21,123 bases of DNA from Deltaproteobacteria bacterium (GCA_032128375.1 JAQBGU010000130.1:1-21123); one strand, 5' to 3'; numbered from the stretch's first letter, positions 1-11,909 are shown. The notes: a model not told the origin generated them from the sequence alone. A program made the numbers and translations.

Positions 1-119
1 GGCCCGATGATGTCGAAGGCGCTCTGCTCGACGGGGCGACGCGGGCGCGCGCGATCGGTGAGCCGGTTCTGGAAGAAGTGCGCCGCGTGGCGGGTTTCCG
101 CGCAAGAAGTTCGCTCTAG
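1..119 (+). CDS. trpS: C-terminal fragment of tryptophanyl-tRNA synthetase (partial, runs off the window start)
   Basis: The frame from nt 3 reads PDDVEGALLDGATRARAIGEPVLEEVRRVAGFRARSSL* (TAG 117-119). This fits the typical TrpRS C-terminus (L.eGa.rAr.ia...l.eVr..vG). Only 38 residues are visible and it is not in the ORF track. Confidence 0.7.
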   Translation, partial: PDDVEGALLDGATRARAIGEPVLEEVRRVAGFRARSSL

Positions 120-163
120 GGCGAATGCTTCAGCGTCGTCGCCCGCACGCTAGAGCTGGCGTT

Positions 164-2836
164 CTACCGCGCAGGCTCCTCGTCGGCTGGCCGACTCTTC
201 GCCAACGGTGTCAGCCGTTCGCTGATCTCCAGCGCGGACGCGCAGCGCGCGTCCGGCTCCTTTTCGAGTAGTTGCAGGATCAACTCTGCGATGGCGTCGG
301 GAATCCCGTCCCTTCGTTCGCGGGGGTCAGGTGCGGGTGTGTGGCGGTGGTGAAATGCGACGTCTCCGTCGCGGAAGGGCACAGTTCCCGTCAGAAGTTC
401 GAACAGAGTCACGCCTAGCGCGTACAAGTCCGCGCGGTGGTCGACTGCGCCCCCAATGCTTTGCTCGGGGGCCATGTAGTAAGGTGTCCCACCGATGACG
501 GTCGAAGCGCGCCGTACCTCTTCGACCATCTTTGCCAGGCCGAAGTCCATGATCTTGATTTTCTTGGACTGGGTGAAAAACAGGTTTCCGGTCTTGATAT
601 CGCGGTGGATGATCCGTTTTTCGTGCGCGTATTGCAATCCGTCCGCGATTTGGATGCCCAACCGAGCGGTATCTCGAGGCGTGAGATGACCGCGTGACTT
701 CAGGATGCCGGTTAGCGGCATGCCTTCGAGCAACTCCATTGTGATATAGAGCACTTCGTCTTCCTGGCCGGCGTCGTATAGAGTAACGATGTTGGGGTGG
801 TTCAGGGCCGCCGCGGAGCGCGCCTCCCGCAAGAACAATCGAACCGCCTTGGGATGATTGCGAAGGTTCTCTGGCAGCTGTTTCAGCGCCACAATGCGAC
901 CGAGTCGGCGGTCCCGAGCCCGATACACAACGCCCATTCCACCCCGACCCAGTTCGGACATCAACTCGTATCGCGAGCCGCTGCCGAACGCGTTGCCGCG
1001 AGCCGGTAGCGCGCCAGTCGTCGAATCCTCGGCGATCCTCTTTCTCAGCTCTTCGATACGGGCTGCAGCGTCGGGGAACGTCGCATCGCGTTTGCGGACG
1101 ATCTCGAGCATGCTCAGTGATCGCTCGAACTCGCCTTGATCCTCCAGCAGTCGAGATAGTCGGTCGCACGAATCGATCGATACGTCATCGATCCCCTGGT
1201 TGCTGACGAGTTCCTCGGTCTTGTGCAATGCGAGGTCGAGATTCCCCGAGCGCTGATAGGCGTCGATCAGCAGGTTCGTCCCCACAACGTAGTGGCGGTC
1301 ATGGGTCGCGATCTGCTGGAGGCTTCGAATCGCTCTTCCCCAATCGTCGTGGTCGATTGCGACCTGCGCTGCCTCGAGTGGCGCGCCGGTTCGTTCGAGC
1401 ACCGCCGTCCAGCGCGGCACATCGCCCGATTCGCGGTAGCAGTCCACGGCCGCCTCGAAGCGGTGGGCGCGTTCATAGGCCTCCCCGGCCCGATCCAGCG
1501 ATCCGGCCGCGCGCCACATCTCTGCCGCTCGAGCCGATTGATCTGCAGAATCGAACAACTCCGCGGCCTTCTCGAAGTTCGGCAATTCCTGGTAGAGCTC
1601 TGCAGCTTCCAAACCCAGACCAGCGGCCTCGTAGTGGCGGGCCGCCAGTTCCAGCTGGCCCTGCTCGTGGTAGAGGCGCGCCAGGATCCGATTCGAAATT
1701 TCTGTCTGCCCGTCGCTCGCAAGCGCGCGGGCCGCCGCGGTCAGGTCCCCATTCAGGTATGGCTCGACCGCCGGTGGGCAGCCGCGAAACAACACGCTGT
1801 CGCGGTGGGTCAGCTCTATTTCGACCGTCAGCGGATGCATGGATCGGATCTCGAGTTTATGTTCGGCGACGCGGTCTTGGCTGCCAATCACCAATGTGTG
1901 TGATCCGATTCCCGCCGATACCCGCGCGGGGCCGCCACGCGCGTATCGGAGCGAACCCGGAATCGCACGAACCGCGACCATCGCCTCGGCGACTGATTGA
2001 CGATTCCACGAGACGTGTACATCGATGCTGCACTCTGTCGGGTGAAAATCGAAGTCGAGTCTCTCGGTGCCGCGGCGCCGAACGCGCACCTCATGTTCCT
2101 CGAAATGGGTGGAAATGACGTCTTCCGAGTCGATCGGCTGGATGAATCCATACACCATCACGCAATAGCGGCGCGACAACAGATCGCGAAAGCTCGTTTC
2201 CCGTCCGACCATCTTGTGCTCGAATCGGCTCGCGGCACTCGCGTGGCGTCGCGTGCTCCGCGCATCAGCGGCATCGGAGACGCGTCGAACGCGCTGGCGC
2301 GACCTGCGCTTGGAGACGCGAACATTGAAGGTGCCACGCAGTTCGCTGGGGTAGTGAATGCTGACCGTCAAGTCGCCGCGACCGCGCAGCACCCGAAGTG
2401 CAAACAGCGATGTCAGGCACACACCGAGCAAGCCGAGCAGACCCATTTGCAGGTTCGGATCGATCTGGCCAGACTGAAAATCGGACAGCACCGGAGCCGC
2501 AATTCTGGAAAATCGCTTCCGCGCATCACCCAGCACGCGGATGATCGCGGCCTCGGTGTCTTCGTGTTGCGATCGCCAATCACTGCGTTGCGTCGCATTG
2601 GCCGCGGTCTGATCCGCTACAGCCGTTGAAGCATGGGTTGGAACAGGCGTAGATTTGCCGGATTCGATTTCGATATCCGCGAGTGCCGCGTCTACCTGGG
2701 CATCGCCGAGCCCGATTCTGGTCTCGATGGAGTCCTGGGCAGAAATGTTGGCGGACACAGTCAGCAGTGCCAGGCCTCCCAGGAGGCCCGCGCGGCGGAC
2801 TGTGGAGCGAATTATCGACAAAGGTGTACGCGGCAT
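164..2836 (-). CDS. Membrane-anchored Hanks-type Ser/Thr protein kinase with TPR-like repeats and a C-terminal kinase domain
   Basis: 890 aa. Signal-like N-terminus (GLLGGLALLTVSANISA) and TM segment LQMGLLGLLGVCLTSLFAL followed by RVLRGR. Helical repeats (AARHYEAAG, AAELYQEL, AAELFDSA, AGEAYERA). Kinase motifs GRGGMGVV, VALK, HRDIKTGN, DFG and GTPYYMAPE. Confidence 0.92.
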   Translation of the reverse strand: MPRTPLSIIRSTVRRAGLLGGLALLTVSANISAQDSIETRIGLGDAQVDAALADIEIESGKSTPVPTHASTAVADQTAANATQRSDWRSQHEDTEAAIIRVLGDARKRFSRIAAPVLSDFQSGQIDPNLQMGLLGLLGVCLTSLFALRVLRGRGDLTVSIHYPSELRGTFNVRVSKRRSRQRVRRVSDAADARSTRRHASAASRFEHKMVGRETSFRDLLSRRYCVMVYGFIQPIDSEDVISTHFEEHEVRVRRRGTERLDFDFHPTECSIDVHVSWNRQSVAEAMVAVRAIPGSLRYARGGPARVSAGIGSHTLVIGSQDRVAEHKLEIRSMHPLTVEIELTHRDSVLFRGCPPAVEPYLNGDLTAAARALASDGQTEISNRILARLYHEQGQLELAARHYEAAGLGLEAAELYQELPNFEKAAELFDSADQSARAAEMWRAAGSLDRAGEAYERAHRFEAAVDCYRESGDVPRWTAVLERTGAPLEAAQVAIDHDDWGRAIRSLQQIATHDRHYVVGTNLLIDAYQRSGNLDLALHKTEELVSNQGIDDVSIDSCDRLSRLLEDQGEFERSLSMLEIVRKRDATFPDAAARIEELRKRIAEDSTTGALPARGNAFGSGSRYELMSELGRGGMGVVYRARDRRLGRIVALKQLPENLRNHPKAVRLFLREARSAAALNHPNIVTLYDAGQEDEVLYITMELLEGMPLTGILKSRGHLTPRDTARLGIQIADGLQYAHEKRIIHRDIKTGNLFFTQSKKIKIMDFGLAKMVEEVRRASTVIGGTPYYMAPEQSIGGAVDHRADLYALGVTLFELLTGTVPFRDGDVAFHHRHTPAPDPRERRDGIPDAIAELILQLLEKEPDARCASALEISERLTPLAKSRPADEEPAR

Positions 2837-2965
2837 GATCCACCGCCATTATCGGCGCAGCGACCGCGCTGGTTTAGCCCTGGGCCAGTCTGGGGGTTGG
2901 AAGTTCGAGTTGCCGGTTGTCGTCGCGCCTTCGGCGCGCATTGGCTGGGCGCACCAGCAGTAGCG

Positions 2966-4048
2966 CTACGCGCTTTGCCTGACAGCTTCCGAAATTTCAT
3001 TCAACAGCTGCTCTGTTTCGTTCCAGCCGATACATGCATCCGTGATCGATACCCCTCGGCGTGGCGCGACGCCGCGCTGCCAAGTCTGGTTGCCGGCCAG
3101 CAGGTTGCTCTCCAGCATCAGTCCCATGATCGGGTGTCCCGGCCGTCGCACCTGCCTCAGAACTTCGCGACACACGAAGCCCTGACGCCTGTGGTCCTTG
3201 TTCGAGTTGCCGTGAGAGCAGTCGACCATGACCCGTCGAGCCGGCCGAGGCACGCCGAGTGCGTCAGCTGCGCGCGCGATCCATTCTTCTCCGAAATTCG
3301 GGCCGCTCGTTCCGCCCCTCAGGACGACGTGACCTTCGGCGTTTCCGCGCGTTCGAACTTTTGCGGGGCTGCCATCGCGGGACATCCCGAAGAAGGTGTG
3401 CGGACTCGCGGCAGCGACTACAGCGTTCACTGACACCTCGATATCTCCGTCCATGCCATTCTTGAATCCCACCGGCATCGACAGGCCACTGGCCATCTCG
3501 CGATGAGTCTGGCTGGGCGAGGTTCGCGCACCGATCGCGGCCCAGCCCAGCAGGTCCGCGACGAAATGCGGTGTCATCGGATCAAGTAGTTCGCTTCCGC
3601 ACGCAACGCCCATCTCGTTGATTTCGAGCAGCAGCGCGCGCGATCGCTCCACGCCGGCTGAAAGATCACAGCGTCCGTCCAGGTCCGGGTCGTTGAGGAA
3701 GCCCTTCCATCCCAACCGCGTGCGAGGCTTTTCGAGATAGCTGCGCATGACGATCACCAACGTGTCTGCGCTGGACGCTGCTACCCGACGCAGCCGCTGC
3801 GCGTACTCGAGCGCAGTGTCCGGGTCGTGAATCGAACACGGCCCGACGATCACCGCAAGCCGCTTCGGATCGTTGCCGTGGAGGATCCGCGCGATCGAAC
3901 GGCGCGCGCCGACCACGGTTTCCGAGGCCTTGTTGGTGACCGGTATTGCGGATTCGAGCTGGTTCGGCGCGAGCATGGGTTGGAGTCTGGGGGGTCCGCT
4001 GACTGCGGCCGCGTCACCAGTGGACGATTCGAAGTTTTCGCTGAGCAC
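2966..4048 (-). CDS. aroG: 3-deoxy-7-phosphoheptulonate (DAHP) synthase, class I-alpha (AroF/G/H type)
   Basis: Motifs IVGPCSIHD, RSYLEKPRT, IGART, PVGFKN, VDCSHGNS, GLMLES and SITDACIGW. Start moved to GTG 4048, which has a GAAGGA RBS 7 nt upstream; the longer ORF-track start runs through a terminator. Isozyme identity (F/G/H) cannot be determined. Confidence 0.93.
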   Translation of the reverse strand: MLSENFESSTGDAAAVSGPPRLQPMLAPNQLESAIPVTNKASETVVGARRSIARILHGNDPKRLAVIVGPCSIHDPDTALEYAQRLRRVAASSADTLVIVMRSYLEKPRTRLGWKGFLNDPDLDGRCDLSAGVERSRALLLEINEMGVACGSELLDPMTPHFVADLLGWAAIGARTSPSQTHREMASGLSMPVGFKNGMDGDIEVSVNAVVAAASPHTFFGMSRDGSPAKVRTRGNAEGHVVLRGGTSGPNFGEEWIARAADALGVPRPARRVMVDCSHGNSNKDHRRQGFVCREVLRQVRRPGHPIMGLMLESNLLAGNQTWQRGVAPRRGVSITDACIGWNETEQLLNEISEAVRQSA

Positions 4049-4083
4049 GGCAGTATCCTTCTCGATCGACGGTCCGAAGCGAA

Positions 4084-4109
4084 TCGATCTTTCGACTCGA
4101 TCTTTCGAT
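4084..4109. repeat. 13-bp tandem duplication in the DAHP synthase 5' UTR
   Basis: TCGATCTTTCGAC TCGATCTTTCGAT. Confidence 0.6.
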
Positions 4110-4121
4110 TTGCGATTCGGC

Positions 4122-4154
4122 AAAAAAAGAGCCCCGAGATTTCTCTCGGGGCTC
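4122..4154 (-). terminator. Intrinsic terminator (attenuator) in the DAHP synthase leader
   Basis: The minus strand reads GAGCCCCGAGA-GAAA-TCTCGGGGCTC-TTTTTTT: a perfect 11-bp stem, GNRA loop and U7 tract, 73 nt upstream of the start codon. Confidence 0.92.
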
Positions 4155-4180
4155 AGGAAAACACGCTTTGCAGGCAATTG

Positions 4181-4264
4181 TTATGCGCGCACGTCCCCCC
4201 GAGCCCGGTTGGTAAACCAGGCGGAGCTAAAGTAGAGATACTCTCGAACGGCTGTGTGCGACAA
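4181..4264 (-). CDS. Aromatic amino acid attenuator leader peptide (27 aa, MSHTAVREYLYFSSAWFTNRARGDVRA)
   Basis: TTG start at 4264 with a GAGGA RBS 6 nt upstream and TAA at 4183-4181. Five Tyr/Phe/Trp codons fall within nine consecutive codons. It is followed by antiterminator and terminator structures. Confidence 0.85.
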   Translation of the reverse strand: MSHTAVREYLYFSSAWFTNRARGDVRA

Positions 4265-4289
4265 TTCGTTTCCTCGGTTCAGGACCGGT

Positions 4290-4317
4290 ATTACAGCAGA
4301 TCACTCGGCCGAGTCAA
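4290..4317 (-). promoter_or_regulatory. Putative sigma70 promoter for the leader peptide and DAHP synthase
   Basis: TTGACT-N16-TGTAAT with an extended TGn, about 25 nt upstream of the leader TTG. Confidence 0.5.
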
Positions 4318-4363
4318 GCAATGCTATGTCGGACCCCGACGCGCCACCGAGGAGATCACGCGA

Positions 4364-5620
4364 TTGGCGCCGCAGCGACCCCCCGCGATCGGGCGCGCTT
4401 TTCCGAAACTGTTCTATGGCTGGGTCGTCATCGGGGGCGCTTCGCTGCTGGCGTTCGTGGTCGTGGGGGTGGGCTTCTATTGCCTCGCCGTGCTGTTCGA
4501 TGGCCTGTGCCGCGAGCACGGCTGGCCCACTACGCGTGTCGCGCTGGCCACCAGCCTGTTCTTCGTGACCTCGGGTCTGGCCGGGGCGCTCGTAGGGCGC
4601 GGGGTCGACCGCTTTGGTCCGCGCCTGTTCTTCGTTCCCGGAGCTTTGCTGATGGCCGGGGCGATCGTGTGGATCGGGAATATCGACGCGCCGTGGAAGC
4701 TGAATCTCGCCTATCCGCTGTTGGCGGTCGGGTTCGCCATGGCGGGGACGGTCCCGAATAACGCGCTGGTCACGCGCTGGTTTGTCGAGCGCCGCGCGCT
4801 TGCGATGAGTCTGTCGCAGACCGGCGTGTCGCTCGGCGGGATCATTCTGGTTCCGGTCACGACGGCCGTGATCATCGAGCACGGTGTGGGAGTCGCGACA
4901 CAAGGGCTGGCGATGTTGCTCGTCGCGGTGACGGGAATTGTCACGCTGTTCGTGGTCCGTTCGAGCCCCGAGTCGATCGGCCAAAAGCCTGATGGGCGCT
5001 GCGAACGGGCGAGGGGCCAACATGAGCCGCTCGATCGGCAGGAGCGTGTCTGGTCGACCCGCGAGGTGTTGGCCACGCGCGCCTTCTGGGTCGCAGTGCT
5101 GGCATTTTCGGGAATCTTGTTCTGCCAGGTTGCTACAGCGATGCACCAGCTCGCAATGCTTCGCGAACGGGTGGAGCCGGCGACGGCAGCGCTTGCCGTG
5201 AGTACCACCGCGGCTGGCAGCGTCGTCGCTCGGCTGGTGGTCGGACGGTTCGCCGATCGCTGGGACAAGCGTCGGCTGGGCTCGGCGTTGATGCTGATCC
5301 AGGCCAGCGCACTTTGGATGTTCGCTTCGGCGACACATCCATGGATCATGTTCTGTGCGTCGTTGTTTTTTGGCTTCACGATCGGGAACATCTTCATGCT
5401 CCAGTCGCTGATCATCGGCGAACTGTTCGGAATGAAGTCGTTCGGCAAGGCGTTCGGACTGATGCAGCTGCTGACACAGATGGCCAGCGGTTTGGGACCC
5501 TACCTGCTGAGTCTGTTGGTCGAGTCGCTGGGCGGCTATCAGCTCGGTTTGTTGCCGCTGGTGGGACTCGCGGTGGTCTCTGCGGTGGTGCTTTCGCGCT
5601 TGCGACCGCCATCACTGTAA
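4364..5620 (+). CDS. Major facilitator superfamily transporter (MCT/OFA-like)
   Basis: About 12 hydrophobic segments, N-terminal FYGWVVI, motif A GRGVDRFGPR and a second copy GRFADRWDKR. Start placed at TTG 4364 after GAGGAG; the ORF-track N-extension overlaps aroG on the opposite strand. Confidence 0.9.
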   Translation: MAPQRPPAIGRAFPKLFYGWVVIGGASLLAFVVVGVGFYCLAVLFDGLCREHGWPTTRVALATSLFFVTSGLAGALVGRGVDRFGPRLFFVPGALLMAGAIVWIGNIDAPWKLNLAYPLLAVGFAMAGTVPNNALVTRWFVERRALAMSLSQTGVSLGGIILVPVTTAVIIEHGVGVATQGLAMLLVAVTGIVTLFVVRSSPESIGQKPDGRCERARGQHEPLDRQERVWSTREVLATRAFWVAVLAFSGILFCQVATAMHQLAMLRERVEPATAALAVSTTAAGSVVARLVVGRFADRWDKRRLGSALMLIQASALWMFASATHPWIMFCASLFFGFTIGNIFMLQSLIIGELFGMKSFGKAFGLMQLLTQMASGLGPYLLSLLVESLGGYQLGLLPLVGLAVVSAVVLSRLRPPSL

Positions 5621-5680
5621 ACCAGGGCGGTAAACCCGGGCCATCAAACCAGAGCCATCGAACCAGAGCCGTAAACCAGC
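5618..5680. repeat. Degenerate 13-14 bp tandem repeat, about 5 units, starting at the MFS stop codon
   Basis: TAAACCAGGGCGG TAAACCCGGGCCA TCAAACCAGAGCCA TCGAACCAGAGCCG TAAACCAGC. Confidence 0.7.
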
Positions 5681-5702
5681 ATCGAAAGCCTACGCCGCCG
5701 AT

Positions 5703-6482
5703 TCAGAGCAGCGCTGCGATGGCCGGGTCGCGGATTGCGTCGCTCCGGGGAACCGCTTCGGTCACAACCGCAGTTCCAGACAGAATCGCCCATTTTTGGT
5801 CCTGCGCTGTTGAAATACCCGAAACGACGAGGCAGCCGAGCACGGCCGATAGCGTGGCCCCCAAGTCGGCAAGAACACTGATTCCGCGCGCAATGGTCAG
5901 CTGCCCGAGCGTCACACCGGTCGTCATGGTCAACGCGATGGCGAGCCATTCGAAACCGGCACAACCCACCAGCATCCACCACCAGACCGGCACGAAACGC
6001 GGAACCACGACCATTTTCCAATCAAACGGGTTCTCGGTCGATCGGGGGTCGCTGACGCGCCAGACCTCCGAGACTACCTGTAGCGGTCGGATCAGGTTCA
6101 GCAGCGGAATCACAAAACCGAGCAACGCCCACTTTCGCGGGTACTGGAAGCGTCGCGATCCGAACGCGCGACCGTTGATCCGTGATCGATACAACCAGCA
6201 GCCAAATAGCAGTGCCGAAGCACACACGAGCCCGACCCGTGCGGCCGCCAGGCTGTTTCTCATCAGGCCGTGTGCGTGGCGATCGATCGTGCTGACCTTG
6301 TTCTCGCCCAGCGCTCCGACCAGCAACTGGACCTCGGAGATCTCGAAACCAGCAGACACACTGAACGTCGCTGCGGTGATCAGGAGCAGTGCGGAAAGGC
6401 AAAACGTCATCGTTCGACTGGACAGGTAGCGGGGAAGGAAACTGCCCGAATGGTCCACACTGGCTCCTTGGCGAGGGTCCAC
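5703..6482 (-). CDS. DUF4328-like integral membrane protein
   Basis: Several TM segments. WLYRSRIN...WALLGFVIPLLNLIRPLQVVSEVWRVSDP...WWW fits the recalled DUF4328 pattern. It starts 3 nt after the methyltransferase stop; the exact start is uncertain. Confidence 0.7.
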   Translation of the reverse strand: MDPRQGASVDHSGSFLPRYLSSRTMTFCLSALLLITAATFSVSAGFEISEVQLLVGALGENKVSTIDRHAHGLMRNSLAAARVGLVCASALLFGCWLYRSRINGRAFGSRRFQYPRKWALLGFVIPLLNLIRPLQVVSEVWRVSDPRSTENPFDWKMVVVPRFVPVWWWMLVGCAGFEWLAIALTMTTGVTLGQLTIARGISVLADLGATLSAVLGCLVVSGISTAQDQKWAILSGTAVVTEAVPRSDAIRDPAIAALL

Positions 6483-6485
6483 AGA

Positions 6486-7343
6486 TCAGTCCGCTTCTTT
6501 GCCCTCCTTCGGCCCGATTCGAGTGCCTCTGTAGCGGCAAATGAAATAGCGGTTGAGGCTTCCTTCGCGACCATCATTGGTGTAAGACGTAACGATTTCA
6601 AAGTGCGCTTCGAGCAGATGCCGGATTTCGAGCTCGTCTGTAAAATGGCAATAGCGTCGCACTTTGGCGTCATCACTCCAGGGCAGCAGGTGGTCACCCG
6701 GTTCGAGCTGGGCCGTATCGATCGATTGAGGAGCCGTGTGGTTGTAGGCGTCCCACGGGATGATCTTTTCTCGGAAGCGGGCGAAGGCCCCGAACTGCCA
6801 ACACGTCAGCGCGAGCACGCCCCCAGCCGCGAGCTGTCGACCCAAGCGGGCCAGCAGTTCGACGCGCAACGCCGCGCTCGGGATGTGGTGGAGCACACCG
6901 AATAGGCCGATCAGCTTGTAGCGTGGTTCCGAGCCGGCAATGATCGGGACCCGGCGCAGGCCGCTTTTCGCACCTCGAGCGCCCCACTCGGCCGGCGCTT
7001 CGAGGAGTGTTTCGATCAGGTCTTCCTGGATCAGCTCGCAGTGTCCGATGGGCAGAGCCCGCTCGCGGGCCCGCTGCAGCAGGCTCGCGCTCGAGTCGAC
7101 CCCGGTGTAGTGGAGGTTGTCGCGTACGTGTCTCCATCGCTCGGCGAGAAACGCGCCGAATCGCGCGTTTCCGCACCCGATATCGAGAATCCGTGTCGGG
7201 ACCCCCGCATCTGGTTGAACGAGGTCAGCAACGCGTGACCAGCCGGGCCAGGGATGGCCGCGGGATGCATCGAATTCGGCCGAGGTCTCGCGGTAGAAGC
7301 CGCGGTTGATCTCGTTCAGCGCGCGAACGGTTTGATGGTCCAT
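6486..7343 (-). CDS. Class I SAM-dependent methyltransferase, Trm9/ALKBH8-like (putative tRNA cm5U34 methyltransferase)
   Basis: Motif I ILDIGCGNARF and GVDSS. Trm9-like blocks FYRETSAEFDASRGHPWP, GVLHHIPSAALRVELL, GGVLALTCW, DHLLPW and RRYCHF. The MTase fold is secure; Trm9 specificity is inferred. Confidence 0.85.
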   Translation of the reverse strand: MDHQTVRALNEINRGFYRETSAEFDASRGHPWPGWSRVADLVQPDAGVPTRILDIGCGNARFGAFLAERWRHVRDNLHYTGVDSSASLLQRARERALPIGHCELIQEDLIETLLEAPAEWGARGAKSGLRRVPIIAGSEPRYKLIGLFGVLHHIPSAALRVELLARLGRQLAAGGVLALTCWQFGAFARFREKIIPWDAYNHTAPQSIDTAQLEPGDHLLPWSDDAKVRRYCHFTDELEIRHLLEAHFEIVTSYTNDGREGSLNRYFICRYRGTRIGPKEGKEAD

Positions 7344-9285
7344 CGCCTAAGCGGCCCGAGAATCTGTGCTCACGTGCGGTACACTAGTGGCACATCCGGA
7401 AAGTTCTGGTACATGCTGACAAAGGGATCACCGTCGCCTTGTCCGACGGAGAAGAGCGTTCTGTCGGCTTCAATCATGGGTACCGAAACTTGGCGGGTGT
7501 TGCACTAGCCTGCCCTGCGCTGGAGGTGGCGACGTTTTGGACAGGTCCGCCCGCAGGCGTCCGAGGCGATTCGATCCGACGCGCCACGAGCGCGAGTTGC
7601 TGGCGATCGTAAACGAGATCGTCCAGGTGCCAGGTCTCGATCGCCGACAGCTCGACGGCGTGCTGAAGCGCTTTCCAAGAGATGGCTGTGGGCTGTTCTC
7701 GCGCAGCGAGATCATCGCGGGGTTTCGCCATTTCAAAGCTCGAAACTGGCATACCGTCGACGAAGCTGATTTCGTAGCCAAGTTGCGTCTACGACCGGTC
7801 CGCACCCAGAGCGGCGTCACCCCGGTAACCGTGCTGACCAAGCCATTCCCATGTCCCGGCGAGTGCATCTTCTGCCCCAATGACGTCCGCATGCCCAAGA
7901 GCTATCTCGCCGACGAGCCGGGCGCACAGCGGGCGGAAGACAATCACTTCGACCCGTACCTGCAAACCTGGCATCGACTCGATGCATTCCGAAGTATGGG
8001 TCACCCGGTCGAGAAGGTGGAATTGATCATTCTGGGAGGAACCTGGTCGTTCCACCCCGAGGCCTACCAGGTCTGGTTCGTGAAGCGCTGCTTTGATGCG
8101 CTGAACGACTACGGAAGCGGCGTAGACGGCTGCGCTGATGCGGGAAGCGCGCCGGCGGCGTTTCGCGAGCTGGCGCCGATCGGCCGTGGTGCGGCCGGTG
8201 TCTACAACCAACGCGTCAGCTCGCGGCTCCACGAGAGCGAGCGAGCCAGCTGGGAGGAACTGATCGCGAGTCACCGGATCAACGAAACCGCGGGGTGTCG
8301 CAGCGTCGGGCTGGTCGTCGAGACACGCCCCGACCACATTTCGGCCGAAGAGGTGATCCGGATCCGTCGCTTGGGTTGCACGAAGGTGCAGATCGGTCTG
8401 CAGAGCCTTTCGGACGACGTACTCGAGCGGAATCGGCGAGGTTGCGATGTAGCCGCGTCGCGTCGCGCCTTGCAGATGTTGCGCGGTGCCGGCTTCAAGC
8501 TGCACGCGCACTGGATGCCCAACCTGTTGGGGTCGTCGCCAGAACGGGATGCAGAAGAATTTTCGCGGCTATTCGACGACCCGGATTTTCGGCCCGATGA
8601 GTTGAAGTTGTATCCCTGCAGTCTGATCGAGACGGCAGAGCTGATGAACTACTACGAAACCGGGGAGTGGCGTCCCTACGAACGCGAAGAACTCGTGGAC
8701 TTGTTGGCGAAATGTCTCGAGCGCACGCCAGTGTACTGCCGCGTCACCAGGGTGATTCGTGACTTCTCCTCGGGGGACATCGTGGCGGGTAACAAAGTCG
8801 CGAACCTGCGCGAGGTTGCGGAGGCGGCTCTGGCGGCGCGGGGTGCTTCGAGCCGAGACATCCGTGCGCGCGAAATCCGCGGCGCGTACTTCGACCCGAG
8901 TTCGCTGGCGCTGACGGTCGAGACCTACGATACATCGATCGGCTCAGAACACTTTCTGGCGTATGTTACGCCAGACGACCGGCTGGTCGGATTTCTGCGC
9001 TTGTCGCTGCCAGATGCGCCCCTCGCAAACGCGGAGCTGCACCACAGCGCAATGATCCGTGAAGTTCATGTGTATGGAGATTCATTGGCTCTCGGACGCC
9101 GGGGCGAAGGCAAGGCGCAGCATCTGGGTCTCGGGCGCCGATTGATCGAGCGAGCCGAGCGGATCTCTGCCGACGCAGGCTTTCGCGATCTCGCTGTGAT
9201 CTCCGCCGTTGGGACGCGGGACTACTACCGGCAGCTGGGCTTCCGGGATGGCGAACTCTACCAACACCTCGCGCTATTCGATGAC

Positions 9286-11874
<2,589 letters not shown>

Positions 11875-11881
11875 GCGCCGA

Positions 11882-11909
11882 ATCGTAAACACGGTCTTCG
11901 GGTCGACAA
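11882..11909 (-). promoter_or_regulatory. Putative promoter giving a leaderless clpB mRNA
   Basis: TTGTCG-N16-TACGAT ends 7 nt before the ATG, and no Shine-Dalgarno is visible. Confidence 0.45.

Noticed and set aside
2880..2906. GAACTT upstream of the kinase gene
   Set aside because: No matching ECF -10 element at 16-17 nt spacing.
4049..4177. N-terminal extension of DAHP synthase in the ORF track
   Set aside because: It reads through the attenuator terminator, and a good RBS supports GTG 4048.
1..4264. trpS and DAHP synthase as a single aromatic amino acid operon
   Set aside because: They are on opposite strands and separated by the kinase; proximity alone does not show co-regulation.
3827..4363. 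N-terminal extension of the MFS ORF
   Set aside because: It overlaps aroG and its leader on the opposite strand and is not MFS-like. An RBS supports TTG 4364.
7370..7477. 35-aa minus-strand ORF (MIEADRTLFSVGQGDGDPFVSMYQNFPDVPLVYRT) upstream of the Trm9-like gene
   Set aside because: No RBS or recognisable motif, and it lies where divergent promoters are expected. It cannot be supported without conservation data.
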